Shown: positions 12,899-26,766, counted from the whole stretch's first letter. The stretch is 63,286 bases of DNA, filler included, from Reticulomyxa filosa (GCA_000512085.1; 10 parts of 10 records of this genome joined end to end with filler, not necessarily neighbours in it), one strand, 5' to 3'. The notes: generated by a model not told the origin, from the letters alone. Translations and numbers: made by a program.

Positions 12899-14589
12899 AT
12901 TTTGGCAGGGGCGTCCAATTTCAAATTGAAAGAAATCGAAGCTATCACTTATTGAAGCGAAAACATTGTATATTATTTTAGTTTTTTTGTTCTTCTTCCA
13001 CAAGAAAAAATACAATTCTTTTTTTATTTTTTTTAATTTTAAAATTAATGTTTTGTTATTTTCCAATGAAAAGAGATAACTTTCTAATTCTTTTATTAGT
13101 GAGCAACATAACATTATTTTCAACAACGAATAAAAAATAAATTGCAAAAATTTAGTTTTATTTTTGAATGTCAAAAAATAATGATTATTATCCAATGAAT
13201 CTATCAATTGTAACGAAAATAGTCTTCTTCAGAATTAGCTAACATAATATAATCTGTTTGGACAAGATTTCTTTTTGCTGGCTTGTACATTTTTTTCATA
13301 TTAGTATTAGCAAGATTTTGACAAATCATTGTATGATTTTTATCGACCAAAGTGAATAAATAACAATAAAAAATTTTTATCGAAGTTAGTTGATTTAAAC
13401 ACAATACTTTAAAAAAGACATTATACAAAATTAATTTTTTATTTTTGTTTTCAATTTCACTTTTTTAATTAAACTTTATGTATCCTCAATTTCGCTTTTC
13501 TATAATTATTATTTCACAAATTATATAAAAAATTTATTTTAAGGATTCAACGTTAGTTTTACCTAGATCCTTAGTTTTATTTTATCACAACAAATCTATT
13601 AAAAGAAAAGTGCTTTTAAGGATCTGTTTACAAATTGTTATGAAATTAATCAATATTTATTATAATTCCATAATAATAAGCACTTATTGGCACATATGCT
13701 TTAATGCCACCTCTAAGTAATGACAAAACCGTTTGTTTTTAGTTTAAATCTCAAAATCTTATAAAAACATTTCATTATTGTTTCTTTTTTTTGTTTTCTT
13801 TATATATTGTGTATTTCTTCATCTTTTATATTGATTTGTTGGATCACATTTTGTATTTCTTTTTTTAATTTATATGACATAGAATTTTTTTTAAACAGTT
13901 TTCCACCGTAAAAATTTCATGTTGCAGAAAAAATGAAAAATTAGTTTATTTTGATAAAACACTTTAAATTTTATTGAAATTTTTGAAAATTTACTGGTAT
14001 GAAAAATTTAGCTGAATTTGGTTAAAAAAGTTTAAATTCGATTTTTTTACTAAAAAAAATTTATCCTAAAAACGAAAACAATTAAATGATTAAAATTTTG
14101 GTTTATAAATATTACAAAAAAAGACAATTGTCATTTATAAAAAATTTTCATTTTTGATTAACTAAGTCATTATGAAATTAGAAATAAAAATTGTTCCAAT
14201 TTTGCAAATTTTTTGCACATGCCAGAGGATAACAAAATAGTAATAATTGGTCCGATCTTTTTTAACGAATTCGCTTTTTCCTAACAAGTTTGAAATAGCA
14301 TAAAAAAATAACTCAAAAAACGTAAATTTCACAAAAACGACAAACTTCAAAACTTGTTATAACATATTTTAAAAAGAAAAATGATTATTTTTTTCTTGTT
14401 GCTGCTATATTCTGTAACTTCTCTTCTAATAATCCTTCATTTTTCACCTTTTTTTTTAAAAATACAATTTGACTTTTGTTCTTTTTATAGTTATATTTGA
14501 CACCTCATATAGAGTCACTTTGTTTTCATTACTTTTTTTATTGAATATATAATGAAAAGAAAAAGACTATGTAAATGTTCTTTATTGCT

Positions 14590-15600
14590 TCAAGGCATGA
14601 GTATTAAAAAAACTGCAAAAACAAGAACAACGACAACAATTATATTTAGTAAACTCATGGCAAAGTATTGTTGAATTTAGTTGATATAGAAGATGCTGTA
14701 TAAAAATGCTTTATGATATTTTTTTCATTCGTTGTCTCAAGTTCGAGAATATGTGCTATTACTTGATTGAAATGGCTATTGCTACTATAAAACCAATTTC
14801 AATAAAATAAAAAAAAAAAAAACAAAAATTATGCAGAAGTAAGGAGAAGAAAAAAAAGCAATTATTATGAAGAAGGTAATGAACAAACTAATAAACAAAA
14901 ACATTTTCAAATTATTGATAGTGAAGACGAAGGGGACAGTAATGATGATGTAATTTTGAATATAGCATTATCTCCAAATAAAATAAAAATTCAAATAATG
15001 AAAACCTCAACGAAGAGAAAGCGGACGACAATACTACTAGCGTCAAACGAAAGGATTCAACAATGAGAAATCCAATAAGACCGCTGGCTTCTCAAGCTAA
15101 CCGTTTAACAATAAAAGAAACATCGAATCAAGAAAAGAAACGGCCAAATATAGTCACTACTAAACAATTACATCTTCATTCAGATTTAAAAATAGATTAA
15201 ATACCTTCACATAATTCAGTTGTCCAACTTATGAGATTTTCTCAAGTGCCCCAAACACAATTGCTATCGACACATCAGTAAATGTGTCATCCACAAACAT
15301 AAACTTGCCACTAGATCAAAATGACAAATATAACTTACCAAATTATGAGAATATTGCACTAAATACTAAAGAATATCACGATATAGATGTTAGTAGCGGG
15401 CAATTGACATTTATAAAGAGCTTTACTTAGAACTAAACGCAAAGGTGGAACGACTAGAACAAAAACTGTAAGATCAAGAGGAACGCCATCGAAAAGAAAT
15501 TGAAACTTTTGCTGAAAAAAATGAAAAGTAAGAATGAATTGATCAAGGAAATAATAAAATTAAATGAATCCAATGCAAGATCATCTACTGCTCTTTAAAT
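14590..15600 (+). pseudogene. Degraded coding-like sequence, unknown
   Basis: Protein-like segments (EVRRRKKSNYYEEGNEQTNKQKHFQIIDSEDEGDSNDD) interrupted by stops and frameshifts. Confidence 0.3.
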
Positions 15601-16327
15601 GATCAATAACATAGTTTATGTGAAAATAATACGGTAAATTGCAGAAAAAACTGCAATAATAAATGGTATTATATGAATATAATCCATTTTCTCAATGAAA
15701 AATAAAGATTTAAACCTTAATTTTTTTAAAATACTAATCTTGTATTTTTTAAAATTAAATTCCTTTTTTTTTCTTATTTTCTTTATTGTTGATATTTTTA
15801 ATTGACATCATTTTATCTGAATGAAGTTAAATATATGACATGTTACACCCAAAAATAGTAATGTAGAATTTTCTTTTAGGAAAAAAAATATTGGAAAAAT
15901 TTTTAAAAATTTCTATGTATTAAATCTATAAATAAAACTTTGCAATATGCCTTGAAATACAAATAAATCAAAAATTAGTTTTTTTCACACGTTTTGACTG
16001 ACAAAGAAAAGTAAGAAGCATAGCAGGACATTCTCTTTACTGAAAGGAAAAACATTCCTGATATGCTGGTGATTATGAAAAGTATAATAGAAAATTATCT
16101 CTTTTATTTCTTTTATTGTTCACCAAATTGTGTTCTTGGACGTATTTTGGACTAATTGCATATTTGCAAAAAAAGTATTTTGAAGAGCTCTTTGACTTGG
16201 AGATTGANNNNNNNNNNNNNNNNNNNNNNNNNNNNNNNNNNNNNNNNNNNNTTAATTAATTAANNNNNNNNNNNNNNNNNNNNNNNNNNNNNNNNNNNNN
16301 NNNNNNNTTACTCTTTCTTCTAATAGG

Positions 16328-16447
16328 GAACATGGAGAACTTCAATATCAACAACAATTACAAAGAACTAATCCTGAAGAGTTTAAAAAATTATTAGAAA
16401 GAAATGGTATTAAGTATGATCCTAATTACATTAGAGTGACTGGATAA
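16328..16447 (+). CDS. Terminal exon of an unidentified gene truncated by the contig start
   Basis: Pyrimidine tract + AG, then EHGELQYQQQLQRTNPEEFKKLLERNGIKYDPNYIRVTG*. Confidence 0.45.
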   Translation, partial: EHGELQYQQQLQRTNPEEFKKLLERNGIKYDPNYIRVTG

Positions 16448-17599
16448 AATACTATTTCTTTTTTTTAAGGATTGGTATCATGTTCAAAAAAAAAACTTTA
16501 CTCCAATTATTCTCTTCAATTTTGTCATTTGGTAAAAGTCAGAATCTCTTTTATTTTCAATCCATTAATTATTTCAACATTGTGATCCGCCAATGGAATA
16601 TTATAAATTTTTAAAATATCGGGTTAAAATATTTGCATTATATAGAAAAGATTCTACCAAAAAAAAGATGAAAGTTTTGTTTCTTTACTTTTCGTTTTTT
16701 TATTTACAGTCGTGTTAAAACGACAGTCATTTTCACCTTTTTTGTTTGTTTTCTTGTCGAACGTGAACGACTATGTTTGAATCCAAAAACCACCCGAACT
16801 TGTTTGGTACACCGTACTAGTAGTCCTTTGTTTTCAATCACAAATGTTCTCCATGGCAAAGTCCAAGGTTTCGAATCACCTTGTTTCAAGCAGTAATGAT
16901 TAGAACAGATTGAGCGCATAGCATTTGAAATATACGAACACGAGGACAGCATATTTGTGGATAACATACTCTTTCAAATATTTCTTGGTGCAACATAAGC
17001 GTTTTGGATCACATTTTACCACATCATTTCATACGCTCAAAGCAATTTTCGACAGCAAGTTGACAATTTTTGGATACGCACACGTAAACAACAGTTCCAT
17101 CTTGCTCCAGTGCGTTACTTTTTCTTTGTGCCAATTTTTTTTCATTACTGCAGCTTTATTCTATATCTTGACGAACAGTACATATGTTAAAACACATCAA
17201 GACCATTCAAGTAAAAAAATTGTAAAGATATCTTGATTAAGACCCAATCACAGCTTAGACCCTTGCATGTGCAAGCCCCCCAATGCATAGCACCAGCTAA
17301 TGTCTCTATTATAGCAAACAATGCACCAAATGACATGTAGACATACCTATTGCAACATTGTGTTGTAGCTACAATATTCTAGTTGCAGCCCCCGTACAGC
17401 ATAATCTGCATGTTTACGTCATACAACACTCACATTACTCCACTTGTGTCTCTAACAGTGCGGTTACTGTGCCTAGCTGATCCACAGATAAGAATCTCGG
17501 TGCTTGCTTTACATTAAGTTACGCTACCGATATTTCATTAATCTAAAGGTTTTAAAAAAAAACAATAAATTATTTATATACTAAACTAAAAAAGATTTT

Positions 17600-18560
17600 A
17601 CAGTCGCATGCTTCTGTTGCAACACTTTGATGAAACATTACAGATATTAGTTATCACCGCTTCCGCTACCACTTGTTTCGAATAAATTAATGAAATTTAA
17701 TGTCTCTTTGTTGCCTTGTTTGTTGTCATTATTAATGCAATTTGAATCGATGCTTTTGCATATCATCCATTCATGTTTTCATTACACCGTCATTTCCAAG
17801 TCCAGCCAATAAAATGAGTTGCTCACACCAAACAAATTGCGTTCGTAACTTTGGTGTAAACATTTTTTTCTCTTATAGCTTTTCGCCAACAAACAAATTA
17901 TTATACTATTACGTAATGCACTGTCACATATTTATACATAAAAAGCTCTTTAAATGAATTTAAACTTATTGTACTTGATTTTCAAAAGTTCGTTATTACA
18001 TTAATTTGTTTTTGTATTTCATCACATTGTTTGCTTTCCAATACTATGTATGACTGCTTTTTCAGTTTTTTCAACTAGTCTTCGAACTTATTTTGTGTCT
18101 ACATACATGCGTTTTTCAACGCTCAGTTCGTCCAACACTTTGTGTAAAGTATCACCACTGCACTCGCTGTTCTAGTTTGAAGTTTTCGATCTGTTTCTGT
18201 GCGTATTTGTGGCCAAGATGTCTTGAAATTTTAATCGATTCAATTGTAGATTGGCCATTTCCAATTCATTTGTAGTGTCTTGTTATGTCATATAACGATA
18301 TCAGATTCGCCAAATTCTTCGTCATCTTCTCATTTTTGATTCGCGAGCCTATAATTGTCGTTTCATTTTTTTTATTTACTTGTAAGACGACTTGCTTTGT
18401 TTCAACATCGCTGTTATCCCGACGCACTGTTTCTGTTGACAAAACAATATCACGTTAATAAATATTATTAATAAGAATAAAACTGATTTAAAAAATATAA
18501 CTTAAAGTGCTTTGATGGTAAAATCATCAAATATTGGAATAGCACACTGTCGGACAAGCC
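17600..18560 (-). pseudogene. Decayed paralog of the HOOK-family gene at 30876-33562
   Basis: Direct nucleotide similarity, e.g. 18110 gcgtttttcaacgctcagttcgtccaacactttgtgtaaagtatcaccactgc vs 31686 cgtttttgaacgtgcagttcgtccaacacttcctgcaaagtgtcgccactgc; ELEMANLQLNRLK vs ELEMTKLQLNRLK; many stops. Confidence 0.8.
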
Positions 18561-19216
18561 AATGAGAAGAGAACAAAACGACAAGAATAAAAAAAGAGTT
18601 TAGTCGTTGTGAAAACGTTCACTTTCCTTTTTTTTGTAAGTTGTTTAGTTAATTTTTTTAAATCATACCAAGTCAAAAATTCAAATTGAATTAATTTTGT
18701 ATTGAAAATATGCAATTTATTCAATTATCAAATAAAATTTAAAAAAAGCTAAAGCAAACCGTTTCAACAAAGATTGCCCAGCTTGGCTAATATTGTAAAA
18801 TCAACTACGTGCAATGTGCTCGTCTTCTAACATAAGCAATTTCTTGAAATTTATTTTGGTTTTGTATTGTTATAACTAAAACTAGTAGTAGACTGTTACT
18901 TTCAATTTATTTTCTTAAATTTCTCAATTTTGCTCTTTAAAGTTGGCAATCTGGTGACAGCAGCAACAAGTAACTAAACACTTCCAAAGTGTAAAAAAAG
19001 GCTGTTAGAAAGCAATTGAGTTTTTGCTTTTTTTATCTTCGACCACAGTAGTGACTGTGAAATGCTCTACGTTACGCAAACAGCAAACAAAATAAAAAAC
19101 CTTGTTGAATCTAATATGTAAGATCACTTTCTACCAAACAAAGAAATATTTTCAATCAAACACTTACACGTCATGTTCGTTTCAAATGACTCGTTTACAA
19201 ATGTGCTTATTTGAAA

Positions 19217-21777
19217 TTATTGAATGAGACAAGGTCCGTCCTGTTTCGCAAGTTTTTGTCTTGCTTTGAGTTTCTGGCTTTGCTGAATTCTATCTAATTC
19301 CATCTGTTGTTGTTTTCTCATATCTTCCGTGACAACCAACTCGTCCACGGTCTGTCCGTCATTCTGCGCATGATATTTCAAGTTATCATACGAAGAAGAT
19401 GGCTGCTGTTGGGAAGACGACGGGTGGTCAAATTTGCTCATGGCCTCCGCTTGTTGCAGTTTCAAACTGTTGAATTGTTCATCGGTCATTCCTAATTCGT
19501 TTCGTAAGCGCTCAGAGTCCGGAGCTGAATTTTTTTTTTTTGGGATGTGATTATGTATGTGTATATGTACTATACATATATATTGAATGTGATTATGTGA
19601 TGCACAGTATTGTGTTTCACTACTAACCGACAACGTATACAACGTACACACAAGTACAAGCCAAATGTGCAATACACAAACGTAGCTGGCAATATCGGCA
19701 TTCAGATTGCGTGGCGGCTCCTCGGAAGTGTTTTCCTCATTTTCCAGTGCCTCAACGACAAGTTGGTCCATTTCATTCTCTTGGTCTTGATTGGCTGAGG
19801 TGTTTCGATAAGTCCAAACATAACAAAAAAAAAAATCAATGATTTGCAAAGACATTTCAATACGTGTCAAATGTATGTTGTATATGTAACGTGAAGCGGC
19901 AGGTCGAGAGGGCTGAGCATTGTCAACGACATCTTGGGGTGGGTGTTCGGACTCGTCTGTCGTGTTCCCTCGTGTTCTCTCTTCATTCGTCAACTCTGTT
20001 TTTTTTTCTTCCAAATCTTCCATTGACCTTTCATCCACGTCTTCATCGTCATTTTTATCTTTATCTTTATCTTTATTTGCATTTGCGTTTTCATGTTCGC
20101 TTCTAACTTGATCTACATGTTGCTCTTGTGCATTTGGTCGTGATTGTGATTGTGGTTGTGGTTGTGGTTGTGGTTGTAGTTGTGGTTGTGGTTGTGATTG
20201 TTCTTCCACTGCCGAAGGTGGTGGATTCGACACTTGCGCAACAGACGTCGGGACTGCGTCTGGTTCAGTGGATGCCACGTCATTAGCGGACAATGCTACA
20301 TCGGATGATGGTTGAGTCGATGGAGTAGATGATGGATGACCAGTCAGTTGCGACTGTGATGGTTGTTGTGCTTGTCCTTGTCCTTGTTGTGGTTGTTGGG
20401 ATACTTGTGGTTGTGGTTGTTGGGATACTTGTGGCTGCGGTTGTTGTGGCTTTAACATTGGCAGCAAACGAAAATCATTGCCGACAAAAACTTCGTCTCC
20501 ATGCATTTGTGTAAGAGTTTGCCACGTGATTCGAGGATCAGCGTCGACGATGCCCTCGTCCGTCACAAGCGTGTACAAATAATCTCCTCTTTTGTAAAGT
20601 GTGCTAAAATGATTGTTGTGAAAAAACACAGCCAATTCCCCATTTTGCAACAGTTCGTGCAATCGAATCAATCCATATGCAGTTATTTGTTGTGGTGTCT
20701 ATGCCAATTCATTCATTTCCACACGTGTATATGTATATGTATTAGTTTTGCTTTTGTGTCGTTCCCCAAATCAAATAACAATGACAAGAACACAAAACTT
20801 CATTCAAGTACTGTCGAATGACATCCTTTTCCGCTTCCAACTTTTGTATTTCCTCATCGCTCAATTTTTTGTCATAGTCCTCGCTACTTACGTACTCCAC
20901 CAACTCGTTGTACGACTTGTGTCCAATCAGTTTGAACAACTTTTCATTCTAAAAGGCGAGACACAAACACCAACACTGGCATTGTCTCGCAGTCTTGTTC
21001 GTGCATAGTCATGTCTCATTACAATCGATTTGCATACACAAATCAAAAATACAAATGTACAGTATATGTTTATGTAAAAACTTGCTTGTGGGTCGACAAC
21101 CCAACCGTGGTATATTCGAATACTGTAATTGTCGAACATTGCAATTTGAGGAGTAAATTCAAACTCCGACGCGTCTTTGAACTTAATGTTTAAATCTATT
21201 TTTTTTTCACCGATCATTTTTTTTTTTACTAGTCTGAATGCAACCTCACACTTTTTTTTTTTTTTTTTTTAAAATCGATCAATAATTACCTAAACCTTTT
21301 TCCAATTGTGGAAACAATGCAACACAATCTTCAATGTTTTGAATCCCATTTGCTGTTTCTTGCTCTGAACTCGCATTTTCCAATGATCTTTTTTTATTGT
21401 TGTTATTATTGTGGGTTGTTTTTTTGTGTGATATTTAATGTGGTCTTGTGTGCAGAATAGGAACAATACTTCAAAACAACAGACGCAATAACCGTGCAAA
21501 CAATCGGTGCAAGTGCTCTTTTAGACCATTTGTCAGGTCACTAAATTTTATAATTGATAAGTTCGAATTTATTCGGATATCATTTCGCAACAACAACAAG
21601 TTACAAATACCAATTAAGGGACACGGACCGCCAACATTTTGTAGAATGCGGTGTGTTCGTTTTCCCTTCATTTTTTTTTAATAACCTTTTTTTTTCATTA
21701 TAGTCCATTTACAACAAAAAAAAAATTGCATATAGAGACATAACATTGAATACTATTGACTGTATAGTATATTCCAT
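19217..21777 (-). CDS. MINDY1: MINDY-1/2 (FAM63) family deubiquitinase, multi-exon, Q/P-rich tail, C-terminal CaaX
   Basis: ILQNVGGPCPLIGICNLLLLR (catalytic Gln/Cys), HGWVVDP, FFHNNHFSTL (catalytic His), LVTDEG; ends CLIQ*. Confidence 0.9.
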
Positions 21778-22231
21778 TTTCACTATGCTAATCTTTAAAT
21801 TTCAAAATACTAAACTCTTCTGTGCCCCTTTTTTGTTTGTGGTTTTCTAATCAATACTGGTACGTATGTAATTTTTCTATTGCCTTTTATGTAATTGTTC
21901 GTCTGTGAATAAAAAGTATTGATGTTTACTTGCAAAGTGAAGTGTTAATCCGAAATTGGCTCAAAAACGGTAAATAGTCTGTTTCTTGCAATCACAACAA
22001 AAAATGCCACAGTTCTAAAAGTGGTGCTGACATTAATTTTTCGCCATTATCAATTGATTCGTTATTTGATGTAAGTATTGATAGTTCCGCAATTTTCAAG
22101 ACAACAACTTGTCGTACTTTATTCATTTTTGACGCTTGCACACATTGTTAAGGAATTTTGAGTCGCTAGGTTCCGTGTTTCTCAATTTCGTCATTTCAAA
22201 CTTTTTAAGCATTATTGATAGTGGCTATCAA

Positions 22232-24425
22232 ATGAGCGACTCTTGGAACAATACAAGTGGTACCATTTGGAGACCCAATCGACCGGATTTAGGCAGTGAT
22301 CCTCATTCCTATTATCAGATGTATTTTTGTAACCACGCTCATACCCAACAATATGTATTTTTAACCTCAAAACGCCGTCAATTTGTGACACGCATATACA
22401 CATACACACTACAAATGAAGAGATGAAATTGTATTTTGACAGGAACAAAAACAACCATCGAAAGAAGCGATCACAAAATGGGTACACTCCATATGAAGAC
22501 AAGTTAGATGAGGAAAGCGGCACAGAAAGTAGGAATCTGTTGCTTCGGCGAAACGATAAAAAGTACAACAGTAACGAGTTTGATTCGTTTGACGAGCAAA
22601 TACAAAAAAAAAGCAAGAGTACATGAAACACGATAAACAGCTGCAAAATCAAATCCAAACATCGCTCGAGAACCAGCAGCGTAAACAGGAGCAATATCTG
22701 CACGAAAAAGATCAAATATTTGCGACCAATACAAACGGTCAAAAACATAAACAATCAAATGCTCCTTCCTCTTCAGTACCTTCTCGATCAACCAAGCGAG
22801 CATTTGTCAACCATACTTCCACAAGTTTGCAATCTGCATTTAGAAGGAGAGAGAAAAAAAAAAAAGGGGTTAAAAAGAAGAAAAAAAAAAGAAGTGTTTT
22901 TGATGACATAGCAAATTCAGAAGTGAGTGGCAACGCGTTTCCTCGTATTTTGAGACGACCGAATAAAGCAAGAAATAATGAAACAGCTGTTGGAACCTCG
23001 ACGACGACAAGTGGGAACGATGGGAGAAATACTGGCCCACACGCAAATGAAGAGTTGAGACGAGGCATCGGTACGACCACAGAGTTAGTAGGAGGGGCGT
23101 CCACAACCCCGGCGATTTTGAAAGACTTTGAAACGAAGCTTTCGTTGCAAGAAAATAACAATAACAGCAATAGTAACAATAGCAATAACAACAACAATAA
23201 TAACAAAGAATTAAGCAATACAAAGAACGAATCCAAGGAATTAAAAAAAGCCAAAGACAAAGATACGACTGGAAACGAGGAAAAAAACAATGATAAAGAA
23301 TCGCCGGATCGTGTCACGAAGTCGTGGGCTGACTTGGATGAAATGCCTTCTACAGATGATGAACAGCATCGCAATAACGACATTAACAAACAAGACAAGC
23401 ATAATCATTACCATAGCAATCAAAAAGGCGATGATTATTTCAACGACAACAATGACAATGACCATTACAATGGTAATGATAATGACAATGATGATGACTA
23501 TTATCATGATGAACGTGGAAATGACAGAGACAAACAATCTGAAGATCGAGAGTATGAAGAAGAGGTATGACGATTTGCACTTTGCAAATAAGATACTTTT
23601 TTTTTTTTTTTTTTTTTGATTGGCTGACTGACTGACTGAGTAAATGGATAGACGAATGGATGAGTGATGTTGTGTTGATTGCGCTCGTGGACAGAATGAA
23701 AAACCTCGATCGAAGCAAAACTTTTCCACGCAGGATGTACGGTCCACAGAGCAGCAACAAAAAAAAAAGGTCGTGGATTTCAGAGTCAGTACCGAAATGA
23801 CGAGGCTTCTTCGACCTCACATGCACCAAAGCGCGATCAGTCGGAACGAGGGAAGCACAGGACACGAACAGCCGAGTACGGTGGAACGGCCACGAATCAC
23901 GGCCGAAAAAATGTCGAGTATAACTCCTCCTCTTCTTTTCGCCAAAGATATGATGACGCTCAATATGATCAATATCATCAATATCATCAATATCACCAAT
24001 ATCACCAATATGATGAACACAATCAATATGACGATTATGACGATGAACACAATGACAATAGTGGTGGTGGCAACGCCAAACATTCGCGTGCTCATTATGG
24101 ACATTATAACAAATCGAAAAAAGAATCTTCTTATTTTCATAATAATAATAACAACAATGAAGAGAATGCCACTTATCACACTTCGAACGAACGTGGACAT
24201 CGTCGTGATAACAAACAGAGCCATTCACACCGCTATCGTAATAACAATGAACACACGGGTCAGAGCCAACCGTCGGGGTATTTCACTCGCCACGCAAGGA
24301 GCAATAGTGCCACTGCCAACACAACTGGATTTTATACATCGACATTCAAAAATGAAATGTCTGCTCGTGGCAAACAGTCGAAACATTCCGCTCATACCCA
24401 ACGTGGGCGGTTTGGATATCAATAA
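22232..24425 (+). CDS. Orphan low-complexity/disordered protein (N/D/H/Y/Q-rich), multi-exon
   Basis: ATG 22232 (MSDSWNN), 315-aa ORF, last exon with QYHQYHQYH repeats ending RGRFGYQ*; A-run frameshifts. Confidence 0.6.
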
Positions 24426-25313
24426 TTCGCATCTTTCGATCTTGTTGTGCTGTTGACCCGCTCAACTTATCCCTCCTCTACACCCTTCAAAGTGACAATG
24501 TAAATGTAGTTGGTGCGTCTCTTTCCACAGGTACCATCATTTTGTGTCTTGAGAGCATTTTGGAGAGTTTTTCTTTTTGTTTTTTTTTTAATGTTTTGAA
24601 GAGAAAGAAAAACCTTCGTTGCATTTTCCTACCTTCTTGTCGCATTTAAAGTAGGAAAACTTGAACACTCTTTAGTTGACTTCCTTCCTCAAAAATTAGT
24701 CTTGCCACAAAAAAGTGGAGTTTGTAAATATTATCAAATAAATAAATATTTTCACCATTTTTCACAAATGATGAGTGGCGGCAAATTGAAAACTCAAAAT
24801 ACGGTACAGTCGATATGTAATAATCTACAAAAAATAAATGGTATGCTTGTGATGATACTTTGAAGATAAGCAGATTTTCTCCGTGAATACAAACATTTAA
24901 TCTTAATTAAAAAAAATACTATCTTTTTTAAACATGGCAATTGTGATGAAGTTTTTTACCTATCAAAGAAAATATCGTGATGAATTCATCACACTAATAT
25001 TCTGAACAATATTATTTAGAATGGGCTAATAATTATCAACACTCAAAGTAAAAATCACATTAAAACTTTTTCTCCAACATTTTATGCTTTCTCCAATTTT
25101 TCACATATACTTTGCTATAAATCTTTGGAATATCTGAAAAGATTAAGATTACCAAATATAAACTCGAGACTTAAACGACAAAGCACAGCAAAGGAAAAAA
25201 ACGCAGTGAACAAAAAAACGGGGAAAGTTTGAGAAACTTTTGTTGTTTGTTGACTAACTTTTCTTCTACTTATTACTTTTACTTTCTTGTGAATTAGTTT
25301 ATTATTTTTAGCG

Positions 25314-25954
25314 ATGTCCTTTTTACCACCAAAACCAGGCAGCAAATCAACCGAAGAAAAACCAAGCCCCTTCAAAGTGGCGTTGTCGTTGTTTTTGGTG
25401 TCCCTGGTCGCAGGAAAGGTGAAAGGTTCCTTAGAACATAAAGGACCACCACCAAAACCAACTCCACCTGATTTTGTTGAAACATTGTTGACCGTTGCTT
25501 TGGCCAAAGGTGATTAAAAAAAAAAATTTTTTTTGAGGATAAGCATTGTTTTTTATTTATTTATTAAAATATAGCGACATTGGAACGAGCTCATGAGAGC
25601 TTTTTGCGAGAAAATCTGGCATCCTTAGTTGCTGCCCCAGCAGCGGCCGCTTTGCTTGTTGCTGCTACCGCAGCGTTGGTGAAGGCCCAAAAGGAAGGTG
25701 ATGTCCCTGAAGACACGATTCCAAAGGTTGTTATTTCTTTATTGGTGGCTTCCTTGGTGTTTAAGGAATTGAAAGATATTAAAGACGCCACTGCTCCACC
25801 GACGCCAAAAGTCGACCTGAAATTGGCCATCGCTGTCGCTGCTGCTTTGCACGTTACCGATGAGTTTGTCCATTTAGTGCCTCAACTCATTGAAGCAGCA
25901 ATTAAAACTTACTTTTTAACACGAGCTTTGGAACTTGTTTTGCCAAAGAAGTAA
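25314..25954 (+). CDS. Orphan ~190-aa hydrophobic/amphipathic protein with an internal two-fold repeat; two exons
   Basis: ORFs 25314-25517 and 25580-25954 join in frame through a phase-1 GT-AG intron (GCCAAAG|gtgatt...atatag|CGACATTG). Confidence 0.8.
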
Positions 25955-26766
25955 CTTTCTAGGTTTTTTTTTCCTATAATTATTCTAATTGAACTTGGAT
26001 AACTCAGTTTTACCTCATTTACGAGGAGAAAAAACGAAAAAAAGGGGAACCACGTATGTCACGCCATTGTTTTTGCCTGACATGTGCACAACATTTTTAA
26101 ATATGTGACTCATTGAACCACTTTTTAAAAAAAGGTCTATCAGTTGTGTTTTCCGCTTTCAGATGTGATTTTCTTGCACAGTTATTTTGTGTGCACGAAT
26201 AAATAAAAAGTAATATGCCCAGAAAAAAAAAAGCTAACTAAATTTTATTGCTAGTTGTGCTGTAGATGGATAGCTTTTCTGTCACATTTTTATGTGTATA
26301 ATTTTGAAAAAATGTGTTGGGTGTAAGACTTTAGGAATTATGCTATCCATTATTTATATCCCGAAAACTGAAAGACCTCTCTACACCACAATATGCATCT
26401 GAGCGACGCAGGTCGGTCGGATGTGGTAATTATAAGTATGCGACTAAAATGTTTTTGTTGATGCATGAAAAATATTTCCGTTAGTTACAAGTAATGTTCA
26501 TTTTTTAGAATTAACAAGATCAAGCAAAATTTCTCAGAAACACGTTTTAACTTGCATCCTTTTTTTGTTTCCAAAGTTACGTTTGGGTTCGCTGAGTTTG
26601 GCAAGTGACCCGAAATTTTTGGCTTGAAATAGCCGTAAATAATAGATTTAGGTAAATATATTTACAATTTCACGAGGAAAACAAAACAAAAAAGATCATT
26701 AGAAAAGCGTCGTGTTACACAAATCCCTTTCTTTTACGAAAAGAAGAGTAATTGGTTATCAAAGCA

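Noticed and set aside
23773-24456. 227-aa M/I/T/N-rich ORF
   Set aside because: It is an alternative frame of the low-complexity last exon of the 22232 gene
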